Shown here: one piece after another, positions 1-11,034 of the stretch
Layout of the letters: each line of letters opens with the position of its first letter
Numbering within the stretch: the stretch's first letter is position 1
DNA from: Laetmonice hystrix
Taxonomy: Eukaryota
DNA: 33,000 bases
NCBI GenBank assembly: GCA_965235115.1
Contig: OZ249440.1
Location: 15,531,001 to 15,564,000, forward strand
Direction: 5' to 3'
Notes under the pieces: generated by a model
Told to the model about the DNA's origin: nothing
Database searches by the model: none
Seen by the model: only the letters and a program-made list of their open reading frames with translations
Translations under genes and position numbers: made by a program

Positions 1-2172
1 CTGTAACGGTGGTGTTACTAACTGCCTCACACATACACCTCTTGGCGGCTATATATCTGAGGGACGTTGTGCTCACTTCTGCCACGAAAAATGTGTTTCT
101 CGTTTACCTGTAGCGAAGATTGGAAATTCCTCTCAGTCGGTTTATGTGTACGTGAGCAATTTTTGCAGACGCTTTTAACGATTTCTGTATGGCAGACCTA
201 TAGATGCGTGAGGACATCCGAGTGGTTTGTCCGACGGGGCGCGTCCCACTTAACGGGCAGGAGCGTCCTTCCGGATTTCACGTCCTCCGACGCTGCGTCT
301 TGTTGAGGCCACTTGGTGCGAAAAGACGTAACGTCATTATGACATTTGTGGTCGAGTGGGTCGCCTTTGGTGCTTCTCCATCATGAAGTGTCAGTGAACG
401 AGGCACGTGTTATTGCGCACAAATGAGAGGATAAGACGTTGTGTGCGTCCTCTGAGGTCGGGTCAGAATGGCAGTCAGCCAATCGTTGCTGGGTAAGGTT
501 GGGGAAGGTGGGGGAGGACTTGCTGCATGTCATCGGATTGTTCTCTTACAATACGAGGCTAATTGAGACCCATTGATTCGCTAATACCGACCTGCAATAA
601 CGGTTGACAACCCACCGTGAGGCAGAGATCTCATAATATTACTGCCGATCGACTAAGTCGGGCTTTGCGTGTTTTCGCCCGGAATCTTTCTCATATTGGT
701 GGACCCCCTGGAGATCAATATGTGGATCCGTTAGTAGACGCAGTCCATTCTCTACACATATAGTACCCGGGATGCGATGTAGATGATAGCCTTCATGACG
801 TGCCTACACGTCGCAGACCTGTAGTACATAACAAATTTTTGCTTAAACAAAAAATTAATTATGACTCGCTTCCGTGAGAAAGTCAATTCATGAAGTTCCC
901 TCACCCTTCCAATGCTCTCCTTCAGTCACCATGCGGCAGATGTTAAAACTATTTCGATTGGACCATGCCTTCACCGCTTGTGGGGATCTTTCAGAAAACA
1001 AGTCTCTGTAGAAGCAGGACGATTTCTTGCCGTTCATGTTACGTTCATTCATTGAGACCGCGTCCCGCAAATCACGAAGTCCCAAATCAGGTGAACAAAT
1101 AACGGGAAATGAAGCGACGGCGATATGATGTACTCGATTCAGCGAACATGACCGGCAATAGGAATACTGAATTGTCCCATTTCACGCCGACGTGAAGAGA
1201 ATGAAAACATATACTGTAATGCGACACTCTACTCTTGGTGTTTTTATTGTATTTATTTATTCTTTCCTCATTTGTTTTTGGCCACACCTCTTTTCAGCAG
1301 TTGATTTGTATAGATGGAACCCATTGGTATAGTATCCTAATATTCTATGGTCATCTCCTAGTAAATGGAATATTACACAGCACTTTTCTTAATTGTCCGG
1401 AGGTACATACACATGGTGTGTAGGGGAAATGGAGCAAATTCTCGCTCACCAGAGCAAACAGACAGCCAATTTGCCAGCGTCTGGTAGAAGTGAATATATC
1501 GGACCACAATCATAACATGTCTACGCAGCATTCTGATGAGAGTAAACGTCATGGATTCTGCTTGAATCGACATCGGCCTCTTTCTCGAAAAATGAATTGT
1601 TGGCCGTAATTGGCAGGCACCCAGTGCACGGAAAGCAAGTTTCTGAGCGAATAACTCGTTGCCGGGGCAACATATTCCAGGAAGTTGATTTCGCGTGTTT
1701 TCCCTAAATACGATTTAATAAAGACAGACATTTGGTTCACTGTGTACACTGTGCTGAGTTACAATGCAGTATAAAAATGATGCTAATAATAATGATAGGA
1801 AAGGCTATGATTTTTTTTCAATGGCAAGGACATTCACCACCTAAGTTGTAAGAAGTGTATGGGACGGTGATGGAGTGTTGCACCTGGGAACGGACCTTAC
1901 AGAGTCACAATAACTGGGGAAAGCGAGGTGTTAGCAAAACACGACCATGGAATGATAGGTGTTGTAAAGTCCGGCAAGTCTGACAGCAGTGCCCTGAGCG
2001 ACAGCTCGCTGATGGATTGGTGCCACGTAAAACGGCTGTCTGAATAGGAAAACGATGTGACCAAAATTACCGAGTTCAATTGTTCTCCATTTGGTTTGTG
2101 TATGAACACATTTGGTCGACCTTGTGACTTGTCTACCGTTGATATTACGATACCTTCAGGCAATCCGTAGGG

Positions 2173-2176
<4 letters not shown>

Positions 2177-2204
<28 letters not shown>
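2177..2204. repeat. (GA)14 microsatellite
   Basis: Uninterrupted GA dinucleotide run read directly. Confidence 0.97.
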
Positions 2205-2208
<4 letters not shown>

Positions 2209-4568
2209 CGAGCAGTCACATGACCTGTGCACGATCACGTGGTCAAAGACTACAGTCAATATTACTCCGCGAAGGGTTCCCAAGCACCGTGCGCTGCCGG
2301 AAGTTAATGGGCCACATTAGAACTATTGCCTATACGAAAAGTGCTGGATAAATACTGTACAACGCCAAGAATGGCCTGATTGTGATGCCGTATCACCGGT
2401 GTTTTTTCTCGAGGGGCATTCCCCCTTTCCATACTGAGCTATGACCGCTTGGACCATGTCATATTGAATGCCACTATAGCACCGCTTTGCCTTGATGGGG
2501 GTTCAGCCGCCGGAGAATTGGTCATTAAAACCATCGCCCCTTCCTGTCCGAGCATTATGCCTTGCTATTGGGTGATTCCCACATAACGCTGAAAGCTTTG
2601 TCCAGTAAATATGGGAGCTAAAACAAGCCATTTCCCTGCACCCCACCACCCTCCTTGTCACTGCGTCCCCAATCGATAAGTAATAAATATTCTAAAACAA
2701 CACATAATTATCATTACCTTTCAAAATAGATGAGAAGAAATACATTTCAAGCAAACCATTAGTAGACGCCCCGATATTATCACCATATTTATCACCATAA
2801 TGCAAAAAATAGTGTTATTATGGCTACATCTTCTTTAATATTAAACGCGGACCGTTTATGTTTCCCTCTGTTATATTATATTATATTTATTATATTATTT
2901 TTTATTATACCCAGTAACTACCGTTTGACGTAGTCTGCTGAAATCCGTATTTTCTGTTCTGTTCATGAGAGTCAAGAAATAAAAAAATAACTGAGTTTCA
3001 TTTATCCTAATCTAGATATCGGGATACAGTATTATTTCTGCAAGATCTGAAGCAGTACAACTGTAGATTGCTAAGTACAATGTCCGCTTTGAGTTCAGAC
3101 TGTCGCTTTGGTTTTTTAATGTAATTCAATTCCCATGTCTGTGTAAACCATTGCTCGTTTCTTTTTCTTATGGCCATGTTCCTGTCTCATTAAACTGAAT
3201 CCAGTCATGAAATAGTGACACCCGAGTGTCGGCGACTGGTTTCCCTTCACGCAGAAAATGTTGGCTTTGCAAGACGATCCTATTTGCACGGGAATCTTGA
3301 AGCGCCGATTTCGACGCTGACAAAATATGCAGTATATAAGGTTTCGGGATTAGAGAATGTTGAGAAGGTTGACACGGCCGTTTGGTACAGAGAGTTGCGA
3401 GTGTAAATCGGCACTCACTAATCGGATCACGAGCGGGTTACACGGCGCCTGCGCAAAGAACACATGGACTTTAAAAATTCCGTTGTCGGAAGGTTTCATG
3501 TCAAAGTCAGCCTGCTCCGTCCTGGACGCTATTTGCTGACAAGTCTACTCCAAATTCCACCAACAGTCGGTTGTACATAATAGGTTATATTACAGTAGCC
3601 CACCTGAATACCAATGCTTCATTCAGAATGATAGATTGACCAGGCCTCTGGAGAGGGTTCACTGAGCCATTGAAACAGTCTACCGTTTAGGGATGTCCTG
3701 AAGTGGATGGAAATAGAGGGTGTAATGACGCATGTATCACGGTTACAATGGCCTATACAGGATAGAGCAACCGAAGTAAAATGATCGGATTCCTTATTTG
3801 AAAGAATATATTTAGCTTTTGATGGGTATGAGTGTTGGAGGTTAGCCAGTCGACCCTCATGTTGGTGTAGAGGAAACGCTGTAAATAAAGTGTTAAGTTA
3901 AACTCAATAGACTCCTGAGGCCAACGCCAAACTATGTCTTGTCATCTGTGGGTATTAAATGCATGTGTATGTCTCTATGTATGTAGGCTACTTTATAGTA
4001 TGCATGCACTAGATATGGATGCAGGTGGTATGGCCAGAGTGTAAGCATGTGTTTTCTATCTGTCTCTATTATTGGTATATGGACACACACACATGTGCCG
4101 TATTTATGAATACTCCATACAGTGTGTGTATAGATAGATATGCCTCTGTACGTGCGTGTGTCGATCTATACAATGCTCGGGAGATCAGAATAGATCTATA
4201 CAGCTCTGTGCCTCCAGCGAGAGATTTCCATTAACTTTTAGACGATTTTTACTCCATTACTCAATATGTTTTCATCGACCAGTGGTGTCATTAATTTGTA
4301 TAGCCCAGCTGAAGGTGTCGGTAAGCATGACCGTACACATCAGTCTGACGCCACCCGACGCGGTTCCTGCACATTCAACGATTGACTGCCGATTGCCTCG
4401 CTGATGGAGTACCTCTTGCGGGACGCCGGCACATCATCCGCGGCGGGACTGACAAGATATGCCCTTGGTGTGACCTTCACCTGACCTTGGGGACGATATG
4501 GCGGTCGTTGTGACGGCGCTGACCCGGGAGAAGGTGGTCGGAATACGAGGAGACGGCCGTAGATCAGG

Positions 4569-4598
4569 ATGGCCACCGCCCCAGATATGTCTGCTCGT
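4569..4598 (+). CDS. Candidate first coding exon (MATAPDMSAR) of a small unidentified spliced gene
   Basis: ATG in good context (AGGATGG), in-frame stop 3 codons upstream, consensus donor GTAAGT at 4599, and phase 0 fits the open frame of exon 5914-5975. An alternative start at ATG 4498 in another frame is also open through the next exon. Confidence 0.3.
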
Positions 4599-5219
4599 GT
4601 AAGTCGGTAGATATATCAACTGGTAAAGTACGTATACGTCGAGGGTCGTGAAACAGACCGGTGGTTGGACAGCCGGCCGGCTGGAGGCAGGTCGGCCGAG
4701 ATAACATATACACAACAGATGCACCACTTTCACCATTATTAATAACAGGACCTTTATCTACCTTTAAACACTTCTAGGTTGATTTTTTTTTCATGGTAGA
4801 TCCGGCAGAAATCGCACCCCTTGGCGGGTGAAGGGAGGTCTATGAAAGGACGTTATACAAGTCGTCATTCCATAGCAGCTCCGAGAAGCGTTGATTTCCA
4901 TACTTGACCAGATAACTAGGAATCCCTGAAGGGTCCGTGGCAGTCAGTCTAGGTGTTCCTTCATTCCTCTCTCTCTCTCTCAGCCGACACTGATGCGTCC
5001 CTCGGGTGGGGTGGGGGTAGGTGGGGGAGATGTTTATAGTTTCCTCCGTGTACGGGCCACTCCAGGGCCGTGCAGGCCGCAGTCACCAATCACCACCGCT
5101 AGACCCAACACCCTGACCTTCGGGGTATAGGGTGAAACCCCGTCCGGACCTCCTGACCCCCAGCGTCCCCGGCCCATCACCCACCTGGAGCCTCGTGCCC
5201 CTCGGGCCATCACCCCTAA

Positions 5220-5234
5220 CCACCAGGGGGCGCT
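5220..5234 (+). promoter_or_regulatory. CTCF-type binding motif CCACCAGGGGGCGCT
   Basis: Exact match to the established CTCF core consensus CCASYAGRKGGCRS. Motif only, no occupancy data. Confidence 0.55.
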
Positions 5235-5589
5235 TCACTTGGTTCCTTATAGGTCAAACGCCAGGATTTGACAGCGGTATAATAAAGTGTGTAACCTTGA
5301 ACAGGTGTTGTGACAAAAGTCAAAAGTCAAAGATGACACGACTCAGTGATAATCGAGTTGTCTTGTAATGAATCTATGACATGGGTTTGTCTTTCACAAA
5401 ACTTTCCTGAAAGCGTATGACCTGTAAATAATAGTGGCCGGTTTGACCAAGGAGTAGAGATTAGAGAGGACTAAACTCTTTGGTTCGGTCCGAGGAAGCT
5501 ATCTCTCTATAAATCCTTGGATTCTTAGCTTTTTATAACTTCGGCAAACTGTCATAATGAGTGGAGATATAATATCATAAACGCGGTAG

Positions 5590-5663
5590 ATGGCGTTAGT
5601 TCATTCATTACAGCAGGACTTGCCATGGCGTTAGTTCATTCATTACAGCAGGACTTATGGCGT
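5590..5663. repeat. Local duplication of a 32-bp segment (35-bp period)
   Basis: ATGGCGTTAGTTCATTCATTACAGCAGGACTT at 5590 and 5625, followed by a third ATGGCGT at 5657. Confidence 0.92.
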
Positions 5664-5913
5664 ATAATGAGCACTGCCATGTCCTGTTGTATATTATAGC
5701 CAGCTCTGTCCGTGCGCTGAATCAAAGCCAGCCCGACAGGATATCACGACGAACGGGGACTGCACAGTTATCGATTCTTTTACAAGTGACAGTGAAGAGA
5801 GCTCTTAGTAGCATTCCGATGGACCTGCCGGCCTGGGCGGTTATGTGATCTCGGCGTCTGCCCTTCACGGCGGCTGACACAACCTCAGCTAAATGTCTCC
5901 GATCCCGTCTCAG

Positions 5914-5975
5914 TGGCAGGTTAACCGGCAGCACATCAATGCGTGGACCAGGGGGTTCTATAAAAGCACACCGCG
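5914..5975 (+). CDS. Candidate internal exon, 62 nt (WQVNRQHINAWTRGFYKSTPR), product unknown
   Basis: Pyrimidine-rich acceptor (tgtctccgatcccgtctcAG), donor GTAAGT at 5976, open frame with 15 of 20 codons ending in G/C, phase 2 end compatible with exon 8630-8688. Confidence 0.55.
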
Positions 5976-6925
5976 GTAAGTCAGCCGGCTGTGTTGGACA
6001 AGGAGAGACGTAGAGCCAGCCCCGCCGGGCGGGCTGCTACATGTTCCGGCGGGGGGTGGAGCAGTCGGTCCGACTCACGCCTCCGTGTTCCTGGCACCGT
6101 CCTGACCACTACCCAACACCCCACCCCCTCTATCAACCCTCCACACGCACCGGGCTAGACCGGCGAGAATGTTCATGATCGATTCGGGTTAATATAATGA
6201 AAACAAAGTAACTTCATAATCGTGTTTCGCCAGTGTCGTGAAAGAAGTCATAATTATATGTACTAATAGTCAGGATATATTTGTTAAAGCATTGTTTTCC
6301 GTTTTCAAAGCGAAATGAATCGATACTACCTCGATAATGACGTAGAACTTTCTTTATTATAATACATTACGTACCAGAATGGTTGGACGTAACTTGTGGC
6401 GAATCTCACTTCTATAAAACATCTTATGATCGTGGTTAAAAACAATTATTGCGACATATTTCAATCACATAAAATTTAAGGTTGGTCGAACCCATAACAA
6501 AATACTTCTCTGACAAGACATAACTCCCGTCATCCCATGTTGCTCTTGTATGACAGCGGAAATAGTGTCTGCGCATGTTTGGGTCCGACCGGAAGTATGC
6601 AGTAAGAGCGACCAATGGCCGTCCAGTGTGTCGGCCTGTGTCTGTCAGTCAACGATTGGTCCCTCACCATCGACGGGCGGTATTTACATTCCAAGGTCAT
6701 CCATTCGGTCACATCTTGCCATCCCTACGTACACACAGCAGCCGGCCAAAAACCACAACAAGCGGCCGAAATGATTCCCCATGTGTTCAAACATATTCAT
6801 TCAAAATCTGTGCTTGGAATCAATCATTTTGCAATGTTTACAGTTATAATGTTTACAGTTATAAACTCAGGGTTTGTTATACATCTTCCCCACCCCAACC
6901 ATGTGTCGGACTTCACAGAGATCCG

Positions 6926-7225
6926 CTATTCAGACAGGAATACGAGTATAACGGCGAGATTGATCTATCTATTCAGACAGGAATACGAGTATAACGGCGA
7001 GATTGATCTATCTATTCAGACAGGAATACGCGTATAAAGGCGAGATTGATCTATCTATTCAGACAGGAATACGAGTATAACGGCGAGATTGATCTATCTA
7101 TTCAGACAGGAATACGAGTATAACGGCGAGATTGATCTATCTATTCAGACAGGAATACGAGTATAACGGCGAGATTGATCTATCTATTCAGACAGGAATA
7201 CGAGTATAACGGCGAGATTGATCTA
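6926..7225. repeat. Minisatellite, 43-bp unit x7 (CTATTCAGACAGGAATACGAGTATAACGGCGAGATTGATCTAT)
   Basis: Units start at 6926, 6969, 7012, 7055, 7098, 7141 and 7184. Only the third unit has substitutions (two). No spacers between units. Confidence 0.98.
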
Positions 7226-8629
7226 GACAGATCAGGATTCCCATGTTCACAGAGACTGGTACGTCATGATAGATGGGTCTCACTGAATCTATCTATTGTG
7301 TAGATAGTGTTGTATAACGTATCACCACTTACTCACCAAACGTCCCCACCTTAATGATAGTACATTACGTCATGATGAGAAGGGGTCGGTGCTGATTCAT
7401 GGCTGCAATCTTTATCATAATTATTAGAGTTAATATTTCAGCTGTGTGAGCGACAGTAAAGGGGGGGGGGGTAGCGGGTAGGATAGAGCCCCGGGTTATC
7501 ACCCTTTCCGGCCCCGCTTGCCCCTCTGGCCCGAAAATAAGTCGCCCCTCCTTGGCAGACGACTCGAGTTTCTCCCGTCCCGTCGACCCCCAACCGAACT
7601 TAGCCTTGTCCGGCTGTCTTCTACCGGGTCGTTTTAATTACAGCTCAATTTCTGACGGGGATAACATGCTTGAAGATCTCCTGCTAGCTCGGTGGGTCAG
7701 GCTACATCGCCAGGGTGACCCTGCCCAGTGGGAACGATGAAGGGGGTGCTTAACCCCACCCTTCAAGGGGCTCACACCGCGAGGTTGTCCCCCTGTAGGT
7801 GAGGTGTTCATTGCTGAGACCCGCACACCTCAATGCTGACTCAGTGCGTGGTCCGTTCCTCCTGCCGCTCTACATTTCGCTCCAGTACCTCCTCCGTCAG
7901 CTGGGGTCTCTGTGTCTTGTTGCCAGACACCCGGCTGCGGCCTCCCAGACTGTTCCATTATCAATTTCCGCACAGACGTCGACTCAACCACAAAGTTTCC
8001 CTTTCCAAGGCTCACTAATAATCGGGGAGGGTTGGTTTTTTCCCCTGCACATACCCCTGACCTGGCCGCCCACATGTATTCCCGGAGGGGAAGATTGAGA
8101 CGTAGACTCAAACCGAAACCAAATAATCTTGATCATGATTTGTTTTAGAGTATACTGGCTAACCCTGAGGGTGGTAATCTTACGCCGGTGTACTTATACA
8201 CAAAGGTGAAGGCGCTCTAAGACAAACTATATGCAAAAGTATCTTCAAAGTTCAACTGCCTTGCTGTGGAGAGCAGGAGGAAAAACTAAAGTATAGTTAT
8301 CTTTCCGGGCTATAGTTTCCCCGTTAACATTTAACGATCTTCAATAAACTTGCACTATAAGTTCACAGGAAAGTAAATACGCACGGTCCTTTCATAACCG
8401 GCTGCATGCAATAGACCCGTGTTAAACGGTCGGTAAAGAAGCAGAATTTATAGCAGGAAGCCAAAGCGAAACATAAAAAGGGTACTCGTCGCAGTGGGTG
8501 TTAATTCCAGCAGCAGATGCGACGGGAAAAAAACCTTCTCAGTTTCGCCTCCGTCCTCCAGGCGGCCTCCTGGCGGCCCCCGAGGGATGAACAGGCTCTG
8601 CCCGCCTCCTCTCTAACATCTTCTGTCAG

Positions 8630-8688
8630 TGGATCCGGAGATTATGGGGAGAATATAACCGGGCTATGTCTGCCTTCACAGGGATCTA
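8630..8688 (+). CDS. Candidate internal exon, 59 nt (GSGDYGENITGLCLPSQGS in the chain-consistent frame)
   Basis: CTAAC branch-like motif, pyrimidine tract and cAG at 8628-8629, donor GTATGT at 8689. Phase 2 in and phase 1 out links exons 5914-5975 and 12225-12313 without a stop. Confidence 0.5.
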
Positions 8689-9031
8689 GTATGTATACAT
8701 CCAAGCCCTTATCTCACTACGCCTCCAGTCATTGAGGGTTTGATCCCTCCAACTTCTGACAGAACAACCACCACCTGATACCTTTCCTTGGGCTTCTCAA
8801 AACTTATTTATGCATCATAGAGGTCTAGATCTATAGGCGTCACATTTGAAAATGGTGTGAAAAATAGATTGTCTGCATGTAAAACAATGTCTGTAAACTG
8901 GAAAATGAAGTGTCTGCAAAACAAAACTACAATGGACTGGTAATGTTTCCTTACAGCTATAGGATGACGATTGCTCTGTTCATTTATTAATAGGAAGTCA
9001 TCAGGTAGATTATAATAGATCTATTCCTTAA

Positions 9032-9542
9032 AGGTAATTGATCACCCTACGGCCGCCGAGTTTTCTCCCCATCTCCTACGAATCCGCGTATTTCAAGCTT
9101 ACCTGATCTTGAATCTATCCCACTGGACTGATAAAACATTCTGTCGTATCCATAACATTGTTGTGCTAGGTCTCTTGTTGATTATGAGCCATAATGAGGC
9201 GATACATCCGATATTTTTCGACTCAATGACTGAGAACCTAGAACACTGCCGCTCTAACCATGCTAACGGTCATGGCGGTCGTTACTATAACAACGGGATT
9301 GGGTGCATGCGTTGCCTCGCACTGCTCCGCCCGCCCTCCCCCATAATCCAAATAAGGGCATGATTTGATTCGCGTGCTCTCGTCTCGAGCTAAATAGGTA
9401 AACGCTTAATTAATTAATTAAAAATATTGTTGATATGGACGCGCCATGGTACCAGACTACAAGAAACCCCTTAAATAATTGCTTTTACTCAAGTTTTGTT
9501 GAATAAAAACGGCGTTTATTTCAATTTTCGGACATATTTCCT
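9032..9542. mobile_element. Possible non-autonomous Kolobok-like element (TTAA|AGG...CCT|TTAA)
   Basis: TTAA at 9028-9031 and 9543-9546. Ends AGGTAATTGATC and (reverse complement) AGGAAATATGTC match at 8 of 12 positions. TTAA target duplication with RR...YY termini is the established Kolobok signature. The terminal inverted repeat is weak, so the left boundary is uncertain. Confidence 0.35.
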
Positions 9543-9546
9543 TTAA

Positions 9547-9711
9547 AGCGACAGTCTCGTCCTTCAGCATTTTGCGATAGGCTGGCCATCCTAACGGGCG
9601 ATGTGCTATTTATAGACGTATGCTGCAGCATAGGAACTGACGTCTATAAATAGTACATCGACCGTTAGGATGGAAGCCTATCGCACAATGCTGAAGGACG
9701 AGACTGTCGCT
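9547..9711. mobile_element. Fold-back MITE, 165 bp, TTAA target-site duplication, Kolobok-like AG...CT termini
   Basis: Arms 9547-9619 and 9640-9711 are reverse complements with about 5 differences, separated by a 20-nt spacer. TTAA at 9543-9546 and 9712-9715. No coding capacity. Confidence 0.88.
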
Positions 9712-9841
9712 TTAAGTCATTACTTAGTTATTTTATCCTTCTCGTTCTCGTTTGATTTGATTGATTTTTGTTGCTAACATAAACATTGATTATAATAATA
9801 CATGTAGGTATTATAATTACTAAGATAAAAACAAAATTTTA

Positions 9842-9908
9842 GGGCTCGTCCGGGATTTCGGGACCTCTCGCACCCAAAGCGAGAATCATGCCCCTAGACC
9901 AACGAACC
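9842..9908 (-). pseudogene. tRNA-Pro(TGG): tRNA-Pro(TGG) pseudogene, 67 nt, with a 5-nt GGTTC deletion in the T arm/B box
   Basis: Minus strand reads GGTTCGTTGGTCTAGGGGCATGATTCTCGCTTTGGGTGCGAGAGGTCCCG-----AAATCCCGGACGAGCCC. This matches the canonical animal tRNA-Pro apart from two substitutions and the deletion. T4/T5 runs (Pol III terminator-like) follow within 15 nt and there is no encoded CCA. Confidence 0.93.
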
Positions 9909-9910
9909 TC

Positions 9911-9940
9911 CATACTTACATACTTACATACTTACATACT
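9911..9940. repeat. 8-bp tandem repeat (CATACTTA) x3.75 immediately 5' of the tRNA pseudogene
   Basis: Read directly from the sequence. Confidence 0.93.
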
Positions 9941-10029
9941 CCATGCTGCAAATAAAAGATTAAATAATGCTGTAGGCACTAGGCTCTCCATTGAAAACAG
10001 CTGTTGCATTCCGTTGTTTTGGACATGTT

Positions 10030-10178
10030 CATGGGCGTCGCGGGGAAGGGGGCAAGGGGAAATATTTTTATTAACGTGATTATAAATTAACGTGAAACGC
10101 CAATGTGATTGGCTCCACCCTACATAGGCCTATCAGGTTGTGCGTCGTCGCCCCGCCCCCCCCCCCCCCAAAAAAAAG
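10030..10178 (+). mobile_element. Degenerate copy of a hAT-like MITE family (second copy at 16950-17103, opposite orientation)
   Basis: Starts CATGGGCGTCGC, shares a ~36-bp core (TATTAACGTG..AAATTAACGTGAAACGCCAAT) and a C-run/A-run end with the reverse complement of 16950-17103. The right terminal repeat is not intact. Confidence 0.7.
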
Positions 10179-11034
10179 ATGCACCAAACGGGAAAACACA
10201 GAGTGAGAGCTGGACCAAGGGTGATATTTAAACCGACGAGAAAATGGTAACCCAGGAGCAGGTTAGGACCAGAATGTAGAATGCCATTGAAACACGTCTA
10301 GCCTGGTTCTGTTCTTCGTCTGGGCATGGAGTGTTCATGTTCCTGAACATGTAGGTCGGCCATGCATAGAGTAGTGAGGCCATTTTCTAAAAATAGCTGT
10401 GTCCGTAGGAGATACGTTGAAATCAGGCTGTCGAAACAAGGTCGTTTGACTTCCTCGTCGTCCTTGTAGAACACGCAATTTTCAAATCGCCATTTTTTAT
10501 ATTAACAGGTATGCGAGACGATTGGCACGCAATGTGTTAAAGCCGTATTTATAGTTGTGGCGCCGGAGGTGAAGAAAGCTCATAGATCATTCTAATCCCT
10601 TGGCGATGACGGGCCTGACGCCCAGGGCATCCGTGGTGCACAACAACATCAATATAGGTTTACCTTTGCCTTTATAATTATCACTTTGTAACAGTGAGTG
10701 TATAAAAGCTACTGTTCAACACCCTGCTGGGTTCATTTTGTCGAACGGGGAGAAACGATAACGGTAAACAAATTGGAACCCGAGCGATAATAGACTTTGC
10801 GTGACAGACGATTTGGCCGCGTCGCGTCGCACACACCGAGTTGAAATTTTATGAATAGGGCTTAACCAACCTTTTCGCAATGATATTTTACAAGTCTAGT
10901 TCCTCATATGAACCCGTTATATTCAGTTTGATATGTCTGTTAACACCTGGCCTCTGATTATGAAAGCTTAATGCATTCCATCGTCCAACATCCCTGCCCC
11001 ATAGCCCTCATACCTATTAGGCCTATATACCAGA

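Noticed and set aside
1301-1327. CIDGTH resembling the PIF/Harbinger transposase IDGTH motif
   Set aside because: None of the downstream conserved motifs (YNRK, PGSxHD) follows in any frame I read.
1533-1575. CTGATGA hammerhead core starts (also at 21276, 27134 and on - near 18360)
   Set aside because: None is followed by a stem II closed by GAAA.
1549-1749. FLEYVAPATSYS resembling Polinton/adintovirus DNA polymerase B
   Set aside because: It needs a deletion to align, the expected KGxFPYE motif is absent, and distances to other weak matches are inconsistent.
3097-3109. 13-bp match (AGACTGTCGCTTT) to the end of the fold-back MITE
   Set aside because: No TTAA follows and there is no partner end. 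It is a chance match or a tiny relic.
5959-5966. TATAAAAG as a TATA box
   Set aside because: It lies inside a better-supported exon, and a donor only 10 nt downstream would precede the expected start site.
7530-7565. GCC-CCTCCTT-GGC resembling the P3/L3 of an HDV-like ribozyme
   Set aside because: No matching P1 or P2 strands and no J4/2 motif were found.
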